A stretch of 61,193 nucleotides of DNA, taken from the NCBI GenBank assembly GCA_944391695.1, contig CALXUO010000011.1, positions 1 through 61,193 on the forward strand, in the 5' to 3' direction. The DNA is from an uncultured Alphaproteobacteria bacterium (GTDB lineage: Bacteria; Pseudomonadota; Alphaproteobacteria; RF32; CAG-239). The notes under the pieces were generated by a model that saw only the letters and a program-made list of their open reading frames with translations, was not told where the DNA came from and did not search any database. The translations under genes were made by a program, and so were the position numbers. Shown one piece after another: positions 53,596 to 61,193 of the stretch. Position 1 is the stretch's first letter, and each line of letters opens with the position of its first letter.

Positions 53596-53910
53596 ATGAA
53601 ATCCATACAAGATGCCGATTTTGATTCGGAAGTGCTAAAAGCCAACGGTTTGGTTTTGGTTGATTTTTGGGCGGAATGGTGCGGTCCCTGCCGTCAGCTT
53701 TTGCCGATTATGGAAGAGCTTTCCTCTGAGATGAGAGGCAAGGTTGAAATCCTAAAGATGAATGTAGACGAAGCCCCGTCAACTCCGGCCAGTTTCGGCA
53801 TCAGGAGTATTCCGTCGCTTTTGTTGTTTAAGGACGGCAAATTGGTTGACACCAAAGTAGGTCTCAATTCCAAATCCGTACTCAGCGATTGGATTAACCA
53901 ACACGCTTAA
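53596..53910 (+). CDS. trxA: Thioredoxin
   Basis: DFWAEWCGPC, IRSIP; conserved addA-trxA order. Confidence 0.97.
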   Translation: MKSIQDADFDSEVLKANGLVLVDFWAEWCGPCRQLLPIMEELSSEMRGKVEILKMNVDEAPSTPASFGIRSIPSLLLFKDGKLVDTKVGLNSKSVLSDWINQHA

Positions 53911-53917
53911 AAACTCC

Positions 53918-53943
53918 AAGCCCTGCTATTGCGGGGCTTTTTT
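53918..53943. terminator. Terminator between trxA and the chromate transporter
   Basis: AAGCCCTGC-tatt-GCGGGGCTT followed by a T-run. Confidence 0.8.
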
Positions 53944-54460
53944 ATAGCCTAAACACAATACCCAGTACTGCCGCCAAACAAAGATATATGATAGGACTTT
54001 TGCGCCAAATTCGCATCATGGCAAGCAGTCCCACAAAGAACAAAATCTCGATGCTTCCGCTAAGCGCGATTTTAGCCACTTGCAAACCTGCAAACAAAAT
54101 CAACGCCAAAACCGCCGGCCTAATACCTGACAAAACATCGTGCACTCTCTGATTGCAACTGTATTTTTGCATCATCTTGGCAATCAAAATCATAATCACC
54201 ACCGAAGGCAGCACCAAAGCAAAAGTTGCGATTATTCCTCCTGCCACTCCGGCTGCATTAAATCCGGCAAACGTTGCCATATTAACACCGATAGGCCCCG
54301 GTGTTGATTCCGAAACCGCAATCATATCCGTAAGCTCGGCCTTAGAAAACCAGTCGTATTTATCAGCCAAGTCAAACAAGAAAGGCACCGTAACCAACCC
54401 ACCGCCTATGGCAAACAAGCCTATTTTAAAAAACTCAAAAAACAACAAGAGATAAGTCAT
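53942..54460 (-). CDS. Short-chain chromate transporter, second half
   Basis: FFKIGLFAIGGG, SESTPGPIGVNMATF, IRPAV. Confidence 0.92.
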   Translation of the reverse strand: MTYLLLFFEFFKIGLFAIGGGLVTVPFLFDLADKYDWFSKAELTDMIAVSESTPGPIGVNMATFAGFNAAGVAGGIIATFALVLPSVVIMILIAKMMQKYSCNQRVHDVLSGIRPAVLALILFAGLQVAKIALSGSIEILFFVGLLAMMRIWRKSPIIYLCLAAVLGIVFRL

Positions 54461-55005
54461 TTTTTCTTAATCCTTCTTTTTATCTCGCCCCATCCCAAAG
54501 ACCACGCTCCGGCAATAAACACCACCATTACCGCCGACAATCCGCCGCCGACCAACAACACCAATGCCCCGATAAAAACGGCCGCCGCCATATAATCTTT
54601 GATATTTTTCTTTGCCAAATCATAAATAATATCGGCAATCAATGCTGCCACGCAGATTCTAATACCGGCAAAAGCATATGCCACATAGCGGTTATCCATA
54701 AATTTTTGCAAAATACTGGCCACCAAAGTTATAATAATTAACGAAGGCATTACGATACCTGCCGTTGCGGCAATAGCCCCCAAAACACCTTTTTGTTGAT
54801 AGCCGATAAAAGTTGCGACATTAATTGAGATAATTCCCGGCGTACATTGACCGATAGAATATAGATCAAGCAACTCTTCCTCGCTCAAGAACCTGCGTTT
54901 TGCCACAACCTCAGCCTTCAAAAGCGGCAGCATGGCATATCCGCCGCCAAACGTAAACAAACCAATCTTAAAAAACAAACAAAACAATTTCGCTAATTCT
55001 CTCAT
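54457..55005 (-). CDS. Short-chain chromate transporter, first half
   Basis: FFKIGLFTFGGGYAM, GQCTPGIISINVATFIG. Confidence 0.92.
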   Translation of the reverse strand: MRELAKLFCLFFKIGLFTFGGGYAMLPLLKAEVVAKRRFLSEEELLDLYSIGQCTPGIISINVATFIGYQQKGVLGAIAATAGIVMPSLIIITLVASILQKFMDNRYVAYAFAGIRICVAALIADIIYDLAKKNIKDYMAAAVFIGALVLLVGGGLSAVMVVFIAGAWSLGWGEIKRRIKKK

Positions 55006-55102
55006 CAACCAATCCTTATTTTTAAGGGCATTGTATCTTCAACCGGCAACGATTATATCCATATATGGTTTTATAATAGTTAACAAAGGTAACAATATTT
55101 AA

Positions 55103-56113
55103 ATGATTATAGGATTTTCCAAAGAAGCCGACACCAAAGAAACCAGGGTTGCCATTTCTCCTGATACTGTTTCAAAATTCAAACAATCAGGCTTTAAGAT
55201 TCTGATTTTATCAGGCTCAGGTATTGCCTCGGGTTTCAGCGATGAAAAGTACCAACAATCAGGAGCCGACATAATCTCTCAATCGGACAAAATATCTTCT
55301 CAGGCCGATATTTTATTAAAAATTTCCGCACCTTCTTTGCAAGAAATTAATCTCCTCAAAAAAGAAAGCTTTATTATCGGCGATATGAGTAACATCTCTT
55401 CCAAGGCCAAACAACAACTTTTGCACAAATCCGTTTTTTGCTTTGGGCTTGAGCGCCTGCCCCGCACTTCATCAGCCCAAATATTTGATATCCTGTCATC
55501 ACAAAACAACCTTTCCGGCTACCAAGCGGTAATCAAGGCCCTAAGTTTTTCCACCCGAATTGTTCCCCTGATGATAACCTCGGCCGGCACGCTTCCGCCG
55601 CTCAAATTTTTAATCATCGGCGGCGGAGTTGCCGGCCTGCAAGCAGCGGCCACAGCCAAGCGTTTAGGCGCCAAAGTCTATATCACCGACACTCGTCCCG
55701 AGGTCAAAGAACAAGCAACCTCTCTTGGCGCCTTGTTTGTTTCCGATATTGTCGAAATATTGCCGCAAATCAACATCATCATATCATCGGCATTCAGCCC
55801 CGATAAAAAAGCGCCGCTTATTGTTAACCGCTCCATGCTCAAGCTCTTGCCTTCCGGTTCGATTATAATAGATATGGCGGCATCTAAAGGTGGCAATATT
55901 GAGGGCAGCAAACAAGGCCAAGTCGTTTCTTTGCTGTCACACACCATCTATGGCGATAGTTTTCTTGCCCGCGAAATTCCAGGTTCTTCAAGTCCTCTTT
56001 TGGCCAACAATCTCTGCAATTTCACCATGAAACTTTATTCTGCCTCCCAAAAATCTCTACTCCCCGATTTTTCCGATGAGCTGATTTCTTCAACCTGTAT
56101 AACGAAAGGCTAA
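55103..56113 (+). CDS. pntAA: NAD(P) transhydrogenase alpha-1 subunit (domain I), shortened
   Basis: ETRVAISP, PRTSSAQIFDILSSQ, IGGGVAGLQA, DMAASKGGN; lies upstream of pntAB and pntB. Confidence 0.9.
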   Translation: MIIGFSKEADTKETRVAISPDTVSKFKQSGFKILILSGSGIASGFSDEKYQQSGADIISQSDKISSQADILLKISAPSLQEINLLKKESFIIGDMSNISSKAKQQLLHKSVFCFGLERLPRTSSAQIFDILSSQNNLSGYQAVIKALSFSTRIVPLMITSAGTLPPLKFLIIGGGVAGLQAAATAKRLGAKVYITDTRPEVKEQATSLGALFVSDIVEILPQINIIISSAFSPDKKAPLIVNRSMLKLLPSGSIIIDMAASKGGNIEGSKQGQVVSLLSHTIYGDSFLAREIPGSSSPLLANNLCNFTMKLYSASQKSLLPDFSDELISSTCITKG

Positions 56114-56118
56114 ACCTC

Positions 56119-56403
56119 ATGGATATATGGTCTCTTTTAACAATTTTTATGTTATCGTGCTTTGTGGGCTATCTTATTATCTGGGGTGTAACACCGGCTT
56201 TGCACTCACCGCTGATGAGCGTATCCAACGCCATTTCCGGTATCATTATCATCGGCGCGCTTTTATCTTTGGACAACAGCCACTCGTTTACTGCCAATTT
56301 TTTGGCCTATTTGGCTTGTTTTTTGGCCGCCATTAATATTTTTGGCGGATTTGCCATATCGCAACGCATGCTCGAAATGTTCAAATCTCGGGAGAAGAAA
56401 TAA
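56119..56403 (+). CDS. pntAB: NAD(P) transhydrogenase alpha-2 subunit
   Basis: VTPALHSPLMSVSNAISG, NIFGGF...RMLEMF. Confidence 0.95.
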   Translation: MDIWSLLTIFMLSCFVGYLIIWGVTPALHSPLMSVSNAISGIIIIGALLSLDNSHSFTANFLAYLACFLAAINIFGGFAISQRMLEMFKSREKK

Positions 56404-57755
56404 TGTATTACTTTCAAAATCTTGCCTATATTTTGGCTTGTTTGCTCATGATTTTATCCATCCGCTCCTTAGCTTCTCCACGCACGGCAAGATTTGGCAA
56501 CATTCTTGGCATTTTAGGAATATTGTTTGCCATAGTTGCGGCATTATCAATCCAAAGATTTCCGTCAATATTGTTTTCACTCACGGCTATTTTGCTTGGC
56601 GCCATAGTTGGCATTTACTCAGCTTTCAAAGTCAAACTAACCTCTTTACCGCAAATGATTGCGGCTTTCAATTGCCTTGGAGGTCTGGCTGCGGTTTGCA
56701 TAGCTCTGGCAGAAGTTTTGTCATCATCGCCCAAACTTTTTGACAATACTTTAGGCTCAATTATCGGCGGTCTGGCGTTTTCCGGCTCGGTTATTGCCTA
56801 TGTCAAACTCCAAGGCACCATCAAATCTGCCCCTTTGCACTTTCGCTTTCAGCATTTGCTCAATATTTCTTTACTTCTTGTAGTTTTGATTTTGGCAGGC
56901 ATCTTCATCACCACCGGATTAACAGATATTTTCATCATTCTCACAGTACTGGTCATTATCTTAGGAGCTTTGCTGGTATTGCCGATTGGCGGAGCCGATA
57001 TGCCGGTTGTAATCTCGCTTCTCAATGGCTATTCCGGTTGGGCGGCCGCCGGCATCGGCCTATCTTTGGATAGCTCAATCTTAATCATCATCGGCACGAT
57101 TGTTGGCGCCGGCGGCACTATCTTGGCCTATATCATGATAAAAGCCATGAACCGCTCCTTGCTAAACATCCTAACCGGAGGCTTTGCCGCAAACTCCAAA
57201 GAAAGCCCTTCATCTTCTGTATTATCGGCTAATTCCGGCTCGCCGCAAGACGCGGCCTTTATTATGGAAAATGCCGCCAAAATAATTATTGTCCCGGGCT
57301 TTGGCATGGCTGCGGCACAGGCCCAACACGCGCTAAAAAATATGGCAACCATTCTTGGCAACAAATATCACGCCGATGTCAAATTTGCGATTCATCCGGT
57401 GGCCGGTCGCATGCCTGGCCACATGAACGTACTTTTGGCCGAAGCCGGCATAGACTATCAAGATGTCTTTGAGCTTGCCGACATCAACCAAGAGTTTTCC
57501 TCAACCGACGTTGCCTATATCATTGGTGCCAACGACATCACCAATCCCTCAGCCAAAACCGATGCTTCTTCGCCTTTGTTTGGCATGCCCATTTTAGATG
57601 TATCCCAAGCCAAAACCGTATTTTTCGTCAAACGCTCTCTTGGCAGCGGCTACTCAGGCGTAGACAACCCATTGTTTTATGCTCCCAACACCATAATGCT
57701 CTATGGTGATGCCAAAGACATCACCGAGCAAATAGTCAAGTTTTTGGAGCAATAG
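56403..57755 (+). CDS. pntB: NAD(P) transhydrogenase beta subunit
   Basis: IGGADMPVVISLLN, AMNRS, IHPVAGRMPGHMNVLLAEA, GANDITNP, GDAK. Confidence 0.97.
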   Translation: MYYFQNLAYILACLLMILSIRSLASPRTARFGNILGILGILFAIVAALSIQRFPSILFSLTAILLGAIVGIYSAFKVKLTSLPQMIAAFNCLGGLAAVCIALAEVLSSSPKLFDNTLGSIIGGLAFSGSVIAYVKLQGTIKSAPLHFRFQHLLNISLLLVVLILAGIFITTGLTDIFIILTVLVIILGALLVLPIGGADMPVVISLLNGYSGWAAAGIGLSLDSSILIIIGTIVGAGGTILAYIMIKAMNRSLLNILTGGFAANSKESPSSSVLSANSGSPQDAAFIMENAAKIIIVPGFGMAAAQAQHALKNMATILGNKYHADVKFAIHPVAGRMPGHMNVLLAEAGIDYQDVFELADINQEFSSTDVAYIIGANDITNPSAKTDASSPLFGMPILDVSQAKTVFFVKRSLGSGYSGVDNPLFYAPNTIMLYGDAKDITEQIVKFLEQ

Positions 57756-57757
57756 CG

Positions 57758-58342
57758 CTATTTTTTCACTTTAGCCAAAGCCTGCGCAATATTATAACTC
57801 ATATTGCCGAGCATTTTGCTTTCAGCCTCGACAAAGCTGGCAAAATCTTTGTCAACGCTTTCTTCTTCATAAAACTTTTGCCTCTTGATAATTTTGCCAT
57901 CATTATTGGTCAAATACCACCAAGCCTCCAGCACGGCTTTTTCATTCCATACAAAATCCATCCTCACGATTTGTATATCAAGCAAATAATCAAAATTCTC
58001 GACCAATTCGGTCTTAGCCTTCACCTCTGCTTTAGGCAAATAAGCACTCAAATCGGCAGCCACTATTCTTTGCATCATAGCCGACAAATCATTTCCCCAC
58101 CTGTCATGCTCAGCCAACTTTACCTCAGGCGACGAACTCTCGGTTATAACAATCTGCGGCCTATCCAAATAATCAGGCAAATCAATCTCTTTCACCCCGA
58201 CACTAAAGTTTTTGCTTGACAAAACCTTATCTGCTGCATTTCCGATTATCTGCAAACTATAAAACCTGTTATCCGGGCTATATCCGCCCAAACAGCCGGC
58301 CACCAATATCAGTCCAAATATTATTCCTATTTTTTTCATCAT
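57758..58342 (-). CDS. PqiC-like ABC transport auxiliary lipoprotein
   Basis: Lipobox LVAGC, LPDYLDRPQIV, DRW; last gene of the Mla-type operon. Confidence 0.88.
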   Translation of the reverse strand: MMKKIGIIFGLILVAGCLGGYSPDNRFYSLQIIGNAADKVLSSKNFSVGVKEIDLPDYLDRPQIVITESSSPEVKLAEHDRWGNDLSAMMQRIVAADLSAYLPKAEVKAKTELVENFDYLLDIQIVRMDFVWNEKAVLEAWWYLTNNDGKIIKRQKFYEEESVDKDFASFVEAESKMLGNMSYNIAQALAKVKK

Positions 58343-59097
58343 TATTTTTTCCCCTTAATCAACGCCTCAGGATTTTGTTCCAAATAATCAGTCAAATTTT
58401 GCATTGACTTAGCCGCCTTGCTGACATTAACCGCAGCTTTATTAATATTTTCCAACACCTCAACCGAGACGCCCTTGTTTCGGCTTAAGGCCTTTTCCAA
58501 ATCCTCAATAATTTTGTTTATATCTGGCATACTTTGGTTAAGCCCCTTAAAGAAGTTGTTAAAGTTTTTAACTCCCTCGGCCAAAGGCATTTTTTGCAAC
58601 CCACGCGAAATCTCGCCCAGCGCCGACAACACCGTCGGAATTTCCAAAAACTTGGTGTCGCCATGATAATTAACCGGTGTATCCGGTAGCATTTCAAGCT
58701 CAATCATCAGTTGTCCCGTAACATAGCTTTGGGATGCAAGCCTTGCTCTCAAACCTTTTTTAACCAAGGCATCCAACACTTCCTTGCCGTCTTTATAGCG
58801 TATGGTACTGGTTATTCCTTTGGTATTCATCTTAACATAAACCGGAATACTAAAATCCAACGTCTCGGTATTAACCATAATATCGATTTTGCTGACCTCT
58901 CCTATTTTCACCCCTTTAAGCACGACCGGAGATCCGACATTAAGCCCGTTGATAGATTCCTCAAAGAACATCACCACTTCGTTTCCTTCTTTGCCGAACA
59001 CCTTATTATCCAACAAAGCTATCACAATGCCTCCCAACACCAGCATCATCACAACCAAAAACAAGCCGATAAGTCTCACATTAGGTTTTTTGGCCAT
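58342..59097 (-). CDS. mlaD: MlaD/MCE family protein
   Basis: N-terminal TM helix, SINGLNVGSPV...GVKIGEV, GLRARL...VTGQL, YLEQNPEALIKG. Confidence 0.9.
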   Translation of the reverse strand: MAKKPNVRLIGLFLVVMMLVLGGIVIALLDNKVFGKEGNEVVMFFEESINGLNVGSPVVLKGVKIGEVSKIDIMVNTETLDFSIPVYVKMNTKGITSTIRYKDGKEVLDALVKKGLRARLASQSYVTGQLMIELEMLPDTPVNYHGDTKFLEIPTVLSALGEISRGLQKMPLAEGVKNFNNFFKGLNQSMPDINKIIEDLEKALSRNKGVSVEVLENINKAAVNVSKAAKSMQNLTDYLEQNPEALIKGKK

Positions 59098-59849
59098 TAT
59101 TTTTTACCTCCGCTCAAAAAATGCAACACATTTTGGTTAGGTGGGTTTTGCAACAATTCTTTAGGATTTCCGCGTGCCGAAATTCCCTTAGTATCCGCAT
59201 CAAGATAGATGGCATCTTCTCCCACCGCAAAAATCGAAGCCAGCTCATGCGTAACAATTACAATGGTTGTCCCCAAACTTTTATTAATATCCAAAATCAA
59301 TTCGTCCAATCTTCTGGAGCTGACCGGATCAAGCCCGGCCGAGGGCTCGTCAAAATAGACAATTTCAGGATCAAGCGCCAAAGCTCTTGCCAAACCGGCG
59401 CGTTTTTTCATTCCGCCCGAAATTTCCGACGGATAAAAATCCTCATATCCCCTCAAGCCCACCAGCGCCAATTTAAACTCCACCATATCCATAATCATTT
59501 TAGGCGAATAATCGCTGTATTGCCTAAGCGGCAGCGCCACATTTTCGGCCAAAGTCATTGACGAAAACAACGCCCCGCTTTGGTACAATATCCCGCAATT
59601 TTGCATAATTTTCTTTTTTTGCGCCTCATCGGCATTATCAAAACGCATACCGTCAATCCAAATTTTGCCGCTTTCGGGGGTTTTAAGTCCGGTCAAAATC
59701 TTAAGCAACGAGCTTTTTCCGCATCCAGACCCGCCCATAATAACAAAGACGCAGCCTTTTTTCACCTCAAAGCCGATATTTTTCATCAGCACATTACTAC
59801 CATAGGCGATGGTCAAATTTTCAACCTTTATTTTATTCTCAGCCATCAT
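59097..59849 (-). CDS. mlaF: MlaF-like ABC ATPase
   Basis: GGSGCGKS, QSGALFSSM, ISGGMKKR, FDEPSAGLDP, VTHEL. Confidence 0.93.
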   Translation of the reverse strand: MMAENKIKVENLTIAYGSNVLMKNIGFEVKKGCVFVIMGGSGCGKSSLLKILTGLKTPESGKIWIDGMRFDNADEAQKKKIMQNCGILYQSGALFSSMTLAENVALPLRQYSDYSPKMIMDMVEFKLALVGLRGYEDFYPSEISGGMKKRAGLARALALDPEIVYFDEPSAGLDPVSSRRLDELILDINKSLGTTIVIVTHELASIFAVGEDAIYLDADTKGISARGNPKELLQNPPNQNVLHFLSGGKK

Positions 59850-60955
59850 ATTCCCATCACCTCCAACAAAGAGGTCAAAATACCGGTAGCCACAATCATA
59901 ATAACGATTGCCGCCACCACTGCTTTGGTAGCAGCCACACCCACACTATCGGCATCTCTCCCGCAATTAATACCATAGTAGCATCCGGCGCAAGAAATTA
60001 TAATTCCATAGATAAACCCGTGAAAAATTCCCACCCAAAAGTTAGTAAGTTGAAACGCCTGCACCGAATAGTGCCAATACTGCTGTGCCGAAATATCCAA
60101 CATCAACACCGCCACGCTTGCCCCGCCGATAATTCCCATAATATCGGCCCACATTGTCAAAAAGGGCATGGTAATAATCAAACTCAACATTCTTGGCAAC
60201 ACCAAAAAATCAACTGCCGACACTCCCATTGTCTGCAAGGCGTCAACTTCCTCGTTAACTTTCATGGTACCTATTGTGGCGGCATAAGCGGCGCCGGTTC
60301 TGCCGGCGATAATAATTCCGGCCATAATCGCGCCCATAATTCTGGTCATACCTATTGCCACCAATGAGGCGATATATATCTGCGCACCAAACATTTTTAG
60401 TTGCAAAGCCCCGACAAAAGCCAAGATTAGCCCCACCATAAAGCTAACCAACGACACGATTCCCAAGGCCTTATAGCCGCAGTCTTCCAAAGCAAACTCA
60501 AAATCGACCTTGCGCATAACCGCCTCACCCGTGGCCAACCGCCCGATAGAAGCGCCCACATCTTTCAAAAACCTACCCACGCCGGCAAGTTTTTCTCCAA
60601 TGCTTATACCCCACAGGCCCATTTTCTCCAAAAAATCGGTTTTTATATTTTGTTTTACAGGCTCTGGCTTATATTCGACAGCTCCGGCCAATTCCAACAA
60701 CTGCTCAAGCCCATCGGGGATTTCATCATATTCAATGGCAATTTTATTTTGCTTAGCCTCTCTCACAAGCTTGTACAACAGCGCCGCCGTGGCGCAATCC
60801 CAATTTTCAAGTTTTTTTCCGTTAACACTGATTTTCCTAAACTTTGCCAAGTCTGTCATCAATCCGTCAAGCTCTGCCTCGCCGTCAAACTTGCGCAAAT
60901 CACCACTCAAAAAAAGTGTCAAAACATTTTTATCTCTAACCCATTGCCAAGCCAT
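59846..60955 (-). CDS. mlaE: MlaE family permease with N-terminal STAS-like domain
   Basis: AGRTGAAYAATIGTMKVNEEVDAL, LVLPR, SVGVAATKAVV; ATG 60955 preferred over 61018. Confidence 0.92.
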   Translation of the reverse strand: MAWQWVRDKNVLTLFLSGDLRKFDGEAELDGLMTDLAKFRKISVNGKKLENWDCATAALLYKLVREAKQNKIAIEYDEIPDGLEQLLELAGAVEYKPEPVKQNIKTDFLEKMGLWGISIGEKLAGVGRFLKDVGASIGRLATGEAVMRKVDFEFALEDCGYKALGIVSLVSFMVGLILAFVGALQLKMFGAQIYIASLVAIGMTRIMGAIMAGIIIAGRTGAAYAATIGTMKVNEEVDALQTMGVSAVDFLVLPRMLSLIITMPFLTMWADIMGIIGGASVAVLMLDISAQQYWHYSVQAFQLTNFWVGIFHGFIYGIIISCAGCYYGINCGRDADSVGVAATKAVVAAIVIMIVATGILTSLLEVMGI

Positions 60956-61166
60956 CACTCTGCCCAAAATCAAAAAAACTTTACTGCCAATTATATAAGC
61001 CCTAATTTCTAAAAGCAACCCTACTTATTTTTCATTAATTAAAATTTGTGCATTTTTTGTTTTTTACTTAACCCAAAATTTACCTCTTTTGTGCTAGATT
61101 AGACTCGTGCGAAAGGATTATGCCGCACGAGTTTTTAGTACTAAAACCAATAAGGATACAACCAGG

Positions 61167-61193
61167 ATGTTGTTGCAAGAATTGACACATCGC
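61167..61193 (+). CDS. Possible start of the next gene (MLLQELTHR...), truncated by the window edge
   Basis: ATG after AAGGA/AGG; only 9 codons visible; faintly like a TyrS N-terminus but too short to call. Confidence 0.3.

Noticed and set aside
61131-61147. TTTTAGTACT resembling the start of a type II CRISPR repeat
   Set aside because: Single short occurrence; no repeat-spacer array or cas genes in the window.

Overview
Core-genome segment of a low-GC alphaproteobacterium. The assignment rests on gapR, the addB-addA-trxA order, split pntAA/pntAB/pntB and the alpha-type RpoB; a host- or gut-associated lineage is inference only. About 50 CDSs, mostly housekeeping: rplC (partial), rpsJ, ftsH, a DsbA-like protein, DUF47/PiT, rlmH, rsfS, obgE, rpmA, rplU, a secreted thermonuclease, an EnvZ/OmpR-like pair, pgsA, uvrC, rpoC, rpoB, rplQ, galU, a giant AsmA-like protein, cdd-punA-deoC-deoA, tolB, ruvX, an amidase, a DjlA-like protein, pgeF, deoB, pyk, gapR, grpE, glgA, rph, rdgB, addB, addA, trxA, a chromate transporter pair, pntAA/AB/B and an Mla/Pqi-type ABC operon. 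I saw no tRNA, rRNA, CRISPR array, transposase, integrase or prophage. The most unusual points are these. (1) A small island between ftsH and rpsJ holds a structured RNA-like element and two weakly paralogous orphan genes; one gene becomes a 155-aa frame only through two -1 shifts, the first on a canonical A_AAA_AAG heptamer. (2) The ribosomal/RNAP superoperon is fragmented, and rpsJ, rpoB and rplQ each have their own TTGCAA promoter and a structured leader. (3) Several proteins are remodelled: PntAA lacks its mobile loop, DjlA has a triplicated membrane anchor, PgeF lacks a metal-ligand His, and an oversized GlgA sits where hrcA usually is. All calls come from reading motifs by eye; no searches were run.
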